Shown here: positions 46,171 to 53,857 of the stretch, piece after piece
How positions within the stretch are numbered: the stretch's first letter is position 1
Layout of the letters: every line of letters starts with the position of its first letter
Source: an uncultured Acidimicrobiaceae bacterium
GTDB taxonomy: Bacteria > Actinomycetota > Acidimicrobiia > Spongiisociales > ZC4RG35
Assembly (NCBI GenBank): GCA_964474055.1
Contig: CAYYRT010000252.1
Location: forward strand, 1 to 63,295
Reading direction: 5' to 3'
DNA: 63,295 nucleotides
Notes under the pieces: generated by a model
Database searches by the model: none
What the model was told of the DNA's origin: nothing
The model's input: the letters and a program-made list of their open reading frames with translations, nothing else
Program-made: the position numbers and the translations under genes

Positions 46171-46791
46171 AGGGACTCTTTATCGACCGTGGTGATCTCC
46201 GCCGACGTCGTCGTCGCGGAGCGCCTGCGAGTTGCCCTTTCAACCCTGGGGCCTTGTGAAGTGTTCGCCAGCGCGGCCGACCTTGGGCGTCTCAATGGAG
46301 GATCCTCCGTTGGCGTCGCCGTATGGCAGGTGGGATCGATCCCGATCGGTTCCGTGCCGACCAGGGTCCCGATCCTCGGTGTCGGGCCTGACGACACCGA
46401 GGCGATGCTGCAAGCGATCGAAGCTGGAGCCAATGGATACGTAGACGTTGCTTCGTCGCCCGGGGATCTGGTGGCGGCCGCCCGCGAGGTTGCCGGGGGA
46501 ACCGCCTTTGTCAGTCCACTTCTCCTGGGACCGCTGTTGCGAGCAGTGGTCGAGCGGCGTCGCCGGGAGAGATCCGAGCGTTCCGCACTAGAGGTGCTTA
46601 CTCCGAGAGAGCGGGAGGTGTTCACACTGGCGGCCCGGGGGCTGACGCGGGGTCAGGTCGCCCATCAGCTCATCATCAGCCCGGACACCGCCCGTACTCA
46701 TCTGCAAAAGGTGATGGCCAAACTAGATCTACATTCACAGGCCGAGCTGGTTGCCTTCGCCGCCCGATGCGGTCTGGCTATGGAGGGATGA
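46150..46791 (+). CDS. LuxR/FixJ-type HTH regulator with atypical (probably non-phosphorylatable) receiver-like domain
   Basis: C-terminal LTPREREVFTLAARGLTRGQVAHQLIISPDTARTHLQKVMAKL HTH. The N-terminal receiver-like fold lacks the DD pair and an obvious phospho-acceptor Asp. The true start is probably GTG at 46189/46192, because 46150 overlaps the divergent gene. Confidence 0.7.
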   Translation: MGLDGSHRDSLSTVVISADVVVAERLRVALSTLGPCEVFASAADLGRLNGGSSVGVAVWQVGSIPIGSVPTRVPILGVGPDDTEAMLQAIEAGANGYVDVASSPGDLVAAAREVAGGTAFVSPLLLGPLLRAVVERRRRERSERSALEVLTPREREVFTLAARGLTRGQVAHQLIISPDTARTHLQKVMAKLDLHSQAELVAFAARCGLAMEG

Positions 46792-47072
46792 GGATGGGTT
46801 TGCAGGATCCAGACTGGGCGCCGAGGCGCACCGAAGGCGTCGCGATCGTCGTCCGGGGGGAAGGAGTGATTCTGCGGCGTCAGGAGGATGATCCGGCCGG
46901 CTTCGACCTGAACACCAGCGCCTATGCCATCTGGAACCTATGCGATGGGGCAACAACGCTCCAGGAAATGGCCGAAGCCATCGGAGAACTGACCAGCACC
47001 ACGGTGTCCGCCGCCCTGGACGAGGTCTCGACCGCCGTTGAGGAATTCCACCGAGTCGGGCTGGTCCGCTAA
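46788..47072 (+). CDS. PqqD-family (RRE-like) small protein 1
   Basis: About 94 aa. Motif FDLNTSAYAIWNLCDGATTLQEMAEAI ... EFHRVGLV matches the PqqD winged-helix pattern. GGAGGG precedes the ATG. Confidence 0.7.
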   Translation: MRMGLQDPDWAPRRTEGVAIVVRGEGVILRRQEDDPAGFDLNTSAYAIWNLCDGATTLQEMAEAIGELTSTTVSAALDEVSTAVEEFHRVGLVR

Positions 47073-47141
47073 GGCATTCAAACACGTTTTGCATCACTGC
47101 CGTCAACGTATCCTTGAACCTCCCCGCAGAAAGCCAAAGGA

Positions 47142-47414
47142 ATGAGTGAAAGAGTCGGTCCTCCCCGCCCAAACATCATCCAGACCGAGATCGGCGACGA
47201 AATCAGCCTGTACGACCCCAGCTCCGAGCGAGTCGTCGTGTTGAACACAACGGCTAGTGACCTGTGGCGGCTCGCGGAAGGGGACTTCACCTTCGATCAG
47301 GTTCTCGGGCTCCTCAGCAAGGCGTATGGTGTCGAAGCGGCAACGATCCATGACGAAGTCCGAGGGACTGTGGACCGCCTGCGCCAGGAGGGACTCCTCG
47401 AGGACGGTGCCTGA
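47142..47414 (+). CDS. PqqD-family (RRE-like) small protein 2
   Basis: 90 aa. Motif VVVLNTTASDLWRLAEGDFTFDQVLGLLSKAYGV ... VDRLRQEGLL. Confidence 0.7.
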   Translation: MSERVGPPRPNIIQTEIGDEISLYDPSSERVVVLNTTASDLWRLAEGDFTFDQVLGLLSKAYGVEAATIHDEVRGTVDRLRQEGLLEDGA

Positions 47415-47461
47415 TCGGTGTTGCCCATCCGCAGCCGGGAAAGGCTGACTTCGGGATCGAC

Positions 47462-48253
47462 GTGAGTTCCTACGCCCCGCTGGGCACGGCGTTTGAGGTT
47501 CGGACCGACTCGGAACCTCTCAAGAACGAGATCGGGCGGCTGCTCCAACCGTTCGTGTCGTCGGCTCCAGCCGCACCTGCCAACGCTTTTACCGTGGTCG
47601 AACAGGGAGCGGCCCTCGACCTCCACCGCAACGGGCGCCAACTGTTGGCGAGATCCGGCGTGGGAGATGTCGTTTTGCGAATCCTCGCCGAGATCAACCG
47701 GTCTGCCGTCGAAGCCGTCCCCGACTTCTCGGTCCACGCGTCCGTGGTCGCTGACGACGACCGCGTGCTGGTGACGGTCGCCGAGTCCGGTGGGGGCAAA
47801 TCGACTCTGGCTGCGGCTCTCATGAGCAATGGTTTGCGTTACGGGTCGGACGAAGCCCTCTGTCTCGACCCGGACGGCAACGTCATCCCCTATCCGAAGC
47901 CTGTCACGCTCAATCGGTGGAGCTGGCGCGCCCTGGGTCTACGACCTGGCGAGTTCTACCGCAAAGAAGCTCCGTTTCTGGCTTCCGAACTTGGCGCAGG
48001 CAGCCTGATGGAAGCCGGTCGGAAACCCACTGATCTTTTGATTCCGGTGCGAACCGATGGCGAGCCCTCGCTGGTGCCGATGGAGGCCTCAACGATCGTT
48101 GTGAGCATGCTCAGGAACTCCTTCAACCACTTCAAAGACGGAGCCCGGGCCTATCGCCTGGCCACCAACCTTGGCAAATCGATGCGGGTCTGGCAGGTGG
48201 GGGTGGCCGATCCTCTGACGACCGCCCGGATCATTCTTCGCCACCTCAGCTGA
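47462..48253 (+). CDS. HPr-kinase C-terminal-domain-like P-loop protein (HprK-related kinase)
   Basis: VLVTVAESGGGKSTLAAALMSNGLRYGSDEAL resembles the HprK/P P-loop plus the following GxxLVxDD segment. GTG start within a CGTGAGT motif. Confidence 0.65.
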   Translation: MSSYAPLGTAFEVRTDSEPLKNEIGRLLQPFVSSAPAAPANAFTVVEQGAALDLHRNGRQLLARSGVGDVVLRILAEINRSAVEAVPDFSVHASVVADDDRVLVTVAESGGGKSTLAAALMSNGLRYGSDEALCLDPDGNVIPYPKPVTLNRWSWRALGLRPGEFYRKEAPFLASELGAGSLMEAGRKPTDLLIPVRTDGEPSLVPMEASTIVVSMLRNSFNHFKDGARAYRLATNLGKSMRVWQVGVADPLTTARIILRHLS

Positions 48254-48254
48254 C

Positions 48255-49205
48255 ATGGCCGAAGTATTGATCCGACCGTATCGATCGCAGGACCTTCTTG
48301 CGGTCCTCGAGGTATTACGGGCTTCCCTCGGCGAAACGCCCATCCTCCAACGGACACCAGCACTGTGGGCGTGGAAACACGAACTCAACCCCTTTGGGTC
48401 TTCGCTGGTTCTGGTGGCGGAACTCGAAGGCAGGATCGCCGGGGTCCGGGCCATGTTGCGATGGGACCTGACCCTGCCGGGAGGGGACCGTCTTCGATGC
48501 CTGCGCCCGGTCGATACTGCCACCCATCCGGACTTCGAACGTCGCGGAATCTTCCGGCAGTTGACCGATGCGGCCGTCGAGCAGGCCCGGTCTGAAGGGT
48601 TCGATCTCATCTTCAACACCCCCAACGCTCAATCCGGCGCCGGCTACCTCAAGATGGGCTGGCAGGAAGTCGGACCGATCGGGGTCATGCTGCGGCCACT
48701 GCTCCGGCGAGGGGTCACTCCCGACCCCAACTCGGCCCCTGACCCGTCATACTTCTTCGAACCCCCCGCCGAGAGCTTCCGGCCCGTCGATGGAGACGAC
48801 CGTCGGTCGACCGGTTTGCGCACCCCGCGTTCACGCCAGTATCTCGAGTGGAGGTTCCTCGGTCATCCATTCGTGGCCTACCGCGCCATTAGCGACGGGG
48901 ACTCGGTGGCAGTGCTCAGACCCAACCTTCGCTCTGGGAGAAAAGAGGTCGTCGTTTCCGACCTCCTCTACAACCCTCGGGCGAGACTGCTTCGAAAGGT
49001 GGCACGGCACTCACGTGCTCGATACCTGGCCGGTTGGTTCTCGACGCACTCTCCCGCGCGTCGGGCGGCATTGGCCGGTGGTCTGTGGCCGGTTCCCCGG
49101 AAGCGCGCCTTGACGCTGGTGGCGCTCCCCCTTCGGCCGCTCCCGCTGGATGTGTTCGACCCCGGAAGCTGGGATCTAGCCCTCAGCGACCTCGAGCTGC
49201 TTTGA
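48255..49205 (+). CDS. GNAT-family acyltransferase with extended C-terminal domain
   Basis: IRPYRSQDLLAVLEVL ... VDTATHPDFERRGIFRQL (acetyl-CoA binding R-x-x-G-x-G/A-like region). Confidence 0.7.
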   Translation: MAEVLIRPYRSQDLLAVLEVLRASLGETPILQRTPALWAWKHELNPFGSSLVLVAELEGRIAGVRAMLRWDLTLPGGDRLRCLRPVDTATHPDFERRGIFRQLTDAAVEQARSEGFDLIFNTPNAQSGAGYLKMGWQEVGPIGVMLRPLLRRGVTPDPNSAPDPSYFFEPPAESFRPVDGDDRRSTGLRTPRSRQYLEWRFLGHPFVAYRAISDGDSVAVLRPNLRSGRKEVVVSDLLYNPRARLLRKVARHSRARYLAGWFSTHSPARRAALAGGLWPVPRKRALTLVALPLRPLPLDVFDPGSWDLALSDLELL

Positions 49206-49406
49206 CGGCGGGCGGAAACCACGGTTGGCAGCCTCCGGCAACGTATCGGGGGCGAAGGTCGAGATGAGGTTGGCCTGGTCGAGGCCCTTGGCTGCTACAG
49301 CCACTTCGAGTTCGACGAACTCCGCCGGATCGTCGCAGTCGTAAACGACCATCAGGTCGCGGCGACCGACGTAACGGAACTCAGTAAAACGGCGGAGCCG
49401 TCCCAT
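49176..49406 (-). CDS. Small hypothetical protein (76 aa)
   Basis: Its start abuts the stop of the upstream zinc-ribbon ORF (shared base 49406). Balanced composition (FRYVGRRDLMVVYDCDDPAEFVELEV). The 3' end overlaps the convergent GNAT gene by 30 bp. Confidence 0.35.
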   Translation of the reverse strand: MGRLRRFTEFRYVGRRDLMVVYDCDDPAEFVELEVAVAAKGLDQANLISTFAPDTLPEAANRGFRPPSKQLEVAEG

Positions 49407-49720
49407 CAGTCCGTCTCAACCGGCGTGCTCGTCTCCACCTCTACGCCGCAGTTGGGACATTTGGCTTTGACGACCGAGCCGACGATGAAAGTGAATCCGC
49501 ACGCCGGGCAGTCGACCCGAGGCGAGGGTGGGTCGGGAGGACGAGGGACCGGCGCAGCTGGGCCGGGTCCGCCGACCGGTCCCGCCGCCGGTGGAGCATG
49601 ACGCGGATCTGGTGCTGGTCCTGCCCTCACCACATTCACCGACCCACAGACCGGGCAGGCAAATCGGCCAGCACCGGGCACGTCGAACTGAGTGCGGCAA
49701 GCGCCGCATCGAACCGTCAT
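49406..49720 (-). CDS. Double zinc-ribbon protein with Pro-rich linker
   Basis: CGAC-x13-CPVC and CPAC-x14-CPNC pairs are separated by a P/A/G-rich spacer. Its ATG overlaps the stop of the upstream ORF (ATGA). Confidence 0.6.
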   Translation of the reverse strand: MTVRCGACRTQFDVPGAGRFACPVCGSVNVVRAGPAPDPRHAPPAAGPVGGPGPAAPVPRPPDPPSPRVDCPACGFTFIVGSVVKAKCPNCGVEVETSTPVETD

Positions 49721-50136
49721 TCAGCTTCACCTCCTGCCTCTTCGCCAATGGCACCGATCGATGCCAGATACGCGACCTGCTCGTTGAGCACCGCGCCTAC
49801 GTCGGTAGGAGAGTAGGTGAACCCGTGCCTACGCATGATCTCGGCGGCAATGAACTCCACCGCCGGTTGGTAGTCCCCGGCGACGGTGGTGACGGGCTGG
49901 GACCTTCTCTCTTGAGCCAAGCCCTGGAGGTAGAAGACCTCCCACTCAACGACACGTTGGACCCCCGCGGTCCCCAATCTGGCCGCCACTTCCGGGTCCA
50001 GCCGGGCGAGAATGAAGTCGACCGCATCGGTGATCCCGAAGGTGATCTCGTCGGGCCGGGTGCGAGCCGCGTGCTGCCAGATCACCAAAGCCGACAGGGC
50101 CAACAAGACGCCGAAGAGCGCAATCACCAGAGCCAT
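49717..50136 (-). CDS. N-terminally membrane-anchored hypothetical protein
   Basis: MALVIALFGVLLALSALVIW anchor followed by a soluble ~115 aa domain. Lies in an operon position downstream of the acyl-CoA dehydrogenase. Confidence 0.5.
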   Translation of the reverse strand: MALVIALFGVLLALSALVIWQHAARTRPDEITFGITDAVDFILARLDPEVAARLGTAGVQRVVEWEVFYLQGLAQERRSQPVTTVAGDYQPAVEFIAAEIMRRHGFTYSPTDVGAVLNEQVAYLASIGAIGEEAGGEAE

Positions 50137-50151
50137 GTCAAACCCTTGTGA

Positions 50152-51273
50152 TCAGAGCCCGAGCCGGGCGGCCAGCACCGCCCGATGTTGAGCCGGCTCG
50201 CCAAAGAGGAGCTCGGAACTTTTGGCCCGCTTGAAGAAGAGGTGGGCATCGTGCTCCCAGGTAAAACCGATCCCACCATGGATCTGGATGTTCTCCGAAG
50301 CGCAGAAGAAGAACGCTTCCGAACAATACGACTTGGCCAAAGGCGCCACCAAGGGGACCTCGTCGTTGTCATCGGAAACCGCCCAGGCCGCGTAGTAGGC
50401 AGCGGAGCGCGCCGACTCGACCTGCACGAGCATGTCGGCACACTTGTGTTTGATGGCCTGGAAAGAGCCAATCGGGCGACCGAACTGGTGCCGAACCTTG
50501 GCGTATTCGACGGCCATGTCGAGGCACTTCTGCGCCCCGCCGACCTGTTCGGCGGCCAGCGCCACCGCCGCCCTCGCCAACATCCGATCAACCACTTCCC
50601 ACCCGGTCCCGACCGCTCCGAGCACTGCATCGGCAGCACCCTCGACCTCTTCCAGGCCGACCTCGGCAAGCTTGCGGGTCATGTCCATCGTCTCCAGGCG
50701 CCGCCTGGTCACACCCGCGGCGGCACCATCGACCAGGAAGAGGCCGACGCCTTCTTCGGTGCGGGCCGCGACGATGAGCAGGTCGGCCGTGTGACCATCA
50801 AGGACAAAGCTCTTGGTTCCTGACAGAACAAACCCGGTGCCTTTCCTGGTTGCGGTGGCCTCGACGCCCCGTTCCTCCCAGACTCCGTTTGGCTCGGTAA
50901 AGGCCACGGTGGCGATGAGATCGCCGGCGGCCAGACCCGGAAGGTACCTGAGCTTCTGCTCCTCGCTCCCGGCCTCGAGAAGAACGTTCGCGGCCATTAC
51001 TGCGGTCGACAGGTACGGCGTCGGGTAAAGCGAACGGCCCATCTCTTCTAGCAAGACCACTTGCTCGAGAAACCCGAATCCGGCTCCGCCGTACTGCTCG
51101 GGGATGGCCATCGCCTGCCAGCCCATGGCCGCATTCTCTTTCCAGAGGGAGGAGTCGTAGCCGTCGTCGCTCTCCATTAGGCGACGCACGACCGCGGATG
51201 GACTCTTCTCTTCGAGCCATCTCCGGGTCAGCCGCCGGAGTTCTTCCTGCTCCTCGCTAAAGGCGAAATTCAT
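50152..51273 (-). CDS. Acyl-CoA dehydrogenase
   Basis: 373 aa with the family-typical three-domain pattern (EQYGGAG, FTEPNGV, FGRPIGSFQAIKHK, IHGGIGFTWEH). Confidence 0.88.
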   Translation of the reverse strand: MNFAFSEEQEELRRLTRRWLEEKSPSAVVRRLMESDDGYDSSLWKENAAMGWQAMAIPEQYGGAGFGFLEQVVLLEEMGRSLYPTPYLSTAVMAANVLLEAGSEEQKLRYLPGLAAGDLIATVAFTEPNGVWEERGVEATATRKGTGFVLSGTKSFVLDGHTADLLIVAARTEEGVGLFLVDGAAAGVTRRRLETMDMTRKLAEVGLEEVEGAADAVLGAVGTGWEVVDRMLARAAVALAAEQVGGAQKCLDMAVEYAKVRHQFGRPIGSFQAIKHKCADMLVQVESARSAAYYAAWAVSDDNDEVPLVAPLAKSYCSEAFFFCASENIQIHGGIGFTWEHDAHLFFKRAKSSELLFGEPAQHRAVLAARLGL

Positions 51274-51295
51274 GGGGATAGACGGTAGTAGGGGG

Positions 51296-51372
51296 CGTGG
51301 GACGTGAGGCGAGAGACGTGAGGCGTGAGGCGTGAGGCGTGAGGCGTGAGACGTGAGACGTGAGACGTGAGT
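51296..51372 (+). repeat. Eleven tandem heptamers CGTGAGR (two degenerate units) in an intergenic gap
   Basis: Read directly: CGTGGGA CGTGAGG CGAGAGA (CGTGAGG)x4 (CGTGAGA)x3 CGTGAGT. Lies between the stop of 51406..51912(-) and the start of the acyl-CoA dehydrogenase at 51273(-). Confidence 0.95.
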
Positions 51373-51405
51373 AAGAAAGCTCGGACGAGGAAATACATCG
51401 CTGGT

Positions 51406-51912
51406 TCACGTTCCGGGTGGGGCTCCGTCGGAGTCCTCGGCATAGACTGCCGATGCCCTGCCTCCAACCGCTCTGACCCGCGCACGGGCGAGGAGATCAG
51501 CGTCTCCGAGCTCCCACAGGTGCAAAACCATGCCCAAGATCTCCCCATGAGAAGGGTCTTCGATCATCTCTCCGAAGACGGCTCGAAGTTGATCAAGGTC
51601 GTCAACTACAAAGTGAGACCAAGCCTGAATCGTGATTAGAGCACCGTCCACCGACTCCTCCGGCCTCTCCGACTGGGTAATCGCCTCAACGATTTCTCCG
51701 AACTCCTGTAGGGATTCAGGTGGGGGAATCTGAAAGTTGACGAGTGCCTCCACATACGAGTCCACAGCCTCAGTAAGGGCTTGAGCGTCGGCTTCAGGCC
51801 AGGTGAAGGGCTGCCTCAGAACCGAAGCATGAAAGGTGGACAAGAGGGATAGCAGCGAGCTGAATGACGATTCTATTGCCTCCTTTTTTTTGGGCACTAT
51901 GTCAGACGGCAC
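51406..51912 (-). CDS. Acidic hypothetical protein (168 aa)
   Basis: Protein-like helical, acid-rich sequence (LQEFGEIVEAITQSERPEESVDGALITIQAWSHFVVDDLDQL). Locally lower GC than the neighbours. GTG start. No family recognised. Confidence 0.5.
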   Translation of the reverse strand: MPSDIVPKKKEAIESSFSSLLSLLSTFHASVLRQPFTWPEADAQALTEAVDSYVEALVNFQIPPPESLQEFGEIVEAITQSERPEESVDGALITIQAWSHFVVDDLDQLRAVFGEMIEDPSHGEILGMVLHLWELGDADLLARARVRAVGGRASAVYAEDSDGAPPGT

Positions 51913-51970
51913 CTACTGCCCGCCCCTTCGGAAGAAGAAGAGGATTATCTGCCGCGCACAGTCGGAGGCT

Positions 51971-53761
51971 TCAAAACGCATCGAGGGGGAGGCTCATAAG
52001 CGAGCCGTCTTCCTTTTCGGCTGCGCTCCTGCGGGCAGCCACCTTCGGCTCGACATGGCGGATGAAGAACCGGGCTGATGCAATCTTGCCCGCATAGAAA
52101 GGGTCTGAGTCCGCCTTGGGTGCAGCTATCTCAGCGTGGCGGAGAAGCTGCCAGGCGACGACTGTCTCGGCCAGGGACTCGAGCAACGAGTTGAGATGCA
52201 AAGCGGTTCGATAGACCGAAGAAGGGTCTTCCTGGGCAGCAAACAGATGGCCCACCGCCACCCCCAGGTGGGCCTGAGTGTCATCGACGAGCCTCCCCAA
52301 CATCTCCCGCTCGGCAGCCAGCGAGTCGTTGTCACCGGTGGCCTTGACGAACTCCACGATCTGGGCGGCGAGGAATGCCACCGTCTGACCCTGGTCCTTG
52401 ACGATCTTGCGGAAGAACAGGTCCATCGCCTGAATGCCGGTGGTGCCTTCATAGATGCTGTCGATCTTGGCGTCGCGGATGTATTGCTCGATCGGATAGT
52501 CCTCCAGATATCCCGACCCACCGAAGACCTGAAGCGAGGTCGCCAGCAGATCAAATGCCTTTTCTGACGAATAACCCTTCACCAGGGGCAGCAGCAGATC
52601 TGCCAGTCGGGCCCACAGGCTGTCGTCGGGGTGAAGGTCCGCCTGATCGCGGACCCAGGCGGCGTAGGTCCACAAGGCCCTGAGGCCTTCGGCGTGGGCC
52701 TTTTGCAGCAGCAACATGCGCCGGACGTCGGGGTGGCGGTGGATGGGGACCCGGGGGGCGTCGCGTTCGGTCGCTGTGGCGAGATCGGGGCCCTGTATCC
52801 GTTCCGTCGCGTAGGCGAGGGCGTTGAGATAACCGGTGGACAAGGTGGCAGCCGACTTGGTGCCGATGGTCATACGGGCATGGGCGATCACCCGGAACAT
52901 CTGCCGGATTCCATCATGAACACCGCCCAGCAGATAGCCGACTGCCGGGCGATCTGTACCGAAGGTCAGCTCACAAGTGGCCGATCCGCGCAGACCGAGC
53001 TTGTGCTCAAGATTGGTTGCCACGACTCCGTTACGTTCGCCGAGGGTGCCGTCCTGGTTGACCAGGTACTTGGGGACGATGAACAAGGACAGGTTCTTGG
53101 TCCCGGGCCCTGCCCCTTCCCGGCGGGCCAGCACGAGATGGATGATGTTGTCAGTGGCGTCGTGCTCGCCGCCCGTGATAAAACGCTTGACGCCTTCGAG
53201 GTGATACAGGTTGCCTTCGATCTGAGTGGCCCTGGTGGTGCCGGCGCCCACGTCAGAACCTGCATCGGGCTCGGTGAGGACCATCGTCCCGGCCCAGCCT
53301 TGGTCGACCATCAGTTGGGCGAATTCCCTTTGATCCGGGGTTCCCTCCTCAAACACCACCCGGGCGAACAGGTTGCCACCGGCGTAGAAGACCGCCGTGG
53401 GATTGGCACCCAGCAACAACTCCTGGGTCGCCCAGAACAGGAGGTGGGGGACTTCGGTCCCTCCTAGGCCGGCCGACAATCCGAACCGGTCCCAACCGCC
53501 GTCGCGGAGGGCCGACAGGCTGGCCTTGAGTTCGTCAGGCAAATGCACCTGGCCGTCGATCAGCTGGAGTTGAGTTCTGTCAGCGGCGACGAACGACGAC
53601 GCCCACTCATTGGTCGCCAGCCTGTCCAGTTCCACCAACACGTCGCGGGCAGCATCGGCGTCGAAGTCCGCATATCGCCCGTCCCCCAAATAGTCCTGGA
53701 GGCGATGCATCTCAAAGAGATTGAATTCAAGGTCGCGAAGGTTGGACCGGTAGTGGCTCAT
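51971..53761 (-). CDS. Long-type acyl-CoA dehydrogenase (FadE-like, with N- and C-terminal extensions)
   Basis: MSHYRSNLRDLEFNLFE N-terminus and LTEPDAGSDVG. The C-terminal helical extension is typical of ~600 aa ACADs. ATG 53761 preferred over the listed TTG 53773. Confidence 0.88.
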   Translation of the reverse strand: MSHYRSNLRDLEFNLFEMHRLQDYLGDGRYADFDADAARDVLVELDRLATNEWASSFVAADRTQLQLIDGQVHLPDELKASLSALRDGGWDRFGLSAGLGGTEVPHLLFWATQELLLGANPTAVFYAGGNLFARVVFEEGTPDQREFAQLMVDQGWAGTMVLTEPDAGSDVGAGTTRATQIEGNLYHLEGVKRFITGGEHDATDNIIHLVLARREGAGPGTKNLSLFIVPKYLVNQDGTLGERNGVVATNLEHKLGLRGSATCELTFGTDRPAVGYLLGGVHDGIRQMFRVIAHARMTIGTKSAATLSTGYLNALAYATERIQGPDLATATERDAPRVPIHRHPDVRRMLLLQKAHAEGLRALWTYAAWVRDQADLHPDDSLWARLADLLLPLVKGYSSEKAFDLLATSLQVFGGSGYLEDYPIEQYIRDAKIDSIYEGTTGIQAMDLFFRKIVKDQGQTVAFLAAQIVEFVKATGDNDSLAAEREMLGRLVDDTQAHLGVAVGHLFAAQEDPSSVYRTALHLNSLLESLAETVVAWQLLRHAEIAAPKADSDPFYAGKIASARFFIRHVEPKVAARRSAAEKEDGSLMSLPLDAF

Positions 53762-53773
53762 CAAACTCCTCAA

Positions 53774-53857
53774 CTGATCTTTGAGTGTTCATTCTAATTT
53801 GAGCGGACGATCAAATGCAATCGAAGGACGGCCCATTCGGCAACTACCGTTCAGGGG
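53774..53857. promoter_or_regulatory. Divergent fadE/tetR intergenic region with candidate operator
   Basis: AT-richer 84-bp gap. TGATC (53775) ... GATCA (53808) inverted ends enclose two TTTGAG(T/C)G direct repeats. This arrangement is plausible for a TetR operator but unproven. Confidence 0.3.

Noticed and set aside
46788-49205. Canonical lasso-peptide (or other RiPP) biosynthetic gene cluster.
   Set aside because: PqqD-like and HprK-like genes are present. However, I find no adjacent lasso cyclase, transglutaminase-like protease, radical SAM or YcaO enzyme, and no credible precursor ORF in the 47073..47141 or 47415..47461 gaps. The only AsnB-like gene is ~30 kb away and short.
51296-51372. 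CRISPR array?
   Set aside because: The units are 7 nt, directly abutting with no spacers, and no cas genes are present in the window. This is a microsatellite/VNTR-type repeat, not CRISPR.
51270-51548. ORF 51270..51548(-) giving SHVSRLTPHASRLTPHVSRLTSH, and ORF 51367..51639(+) starting at the last CGTGAGT unit.
   Set aside because: The first is simply the heptamer array translated. The second is Arg/Ser-rich and lies antisense to the more protein-like 51406..51912(-). The (+) ORF is noted only because its GTG-AGT start matches the motif seen at real genes.
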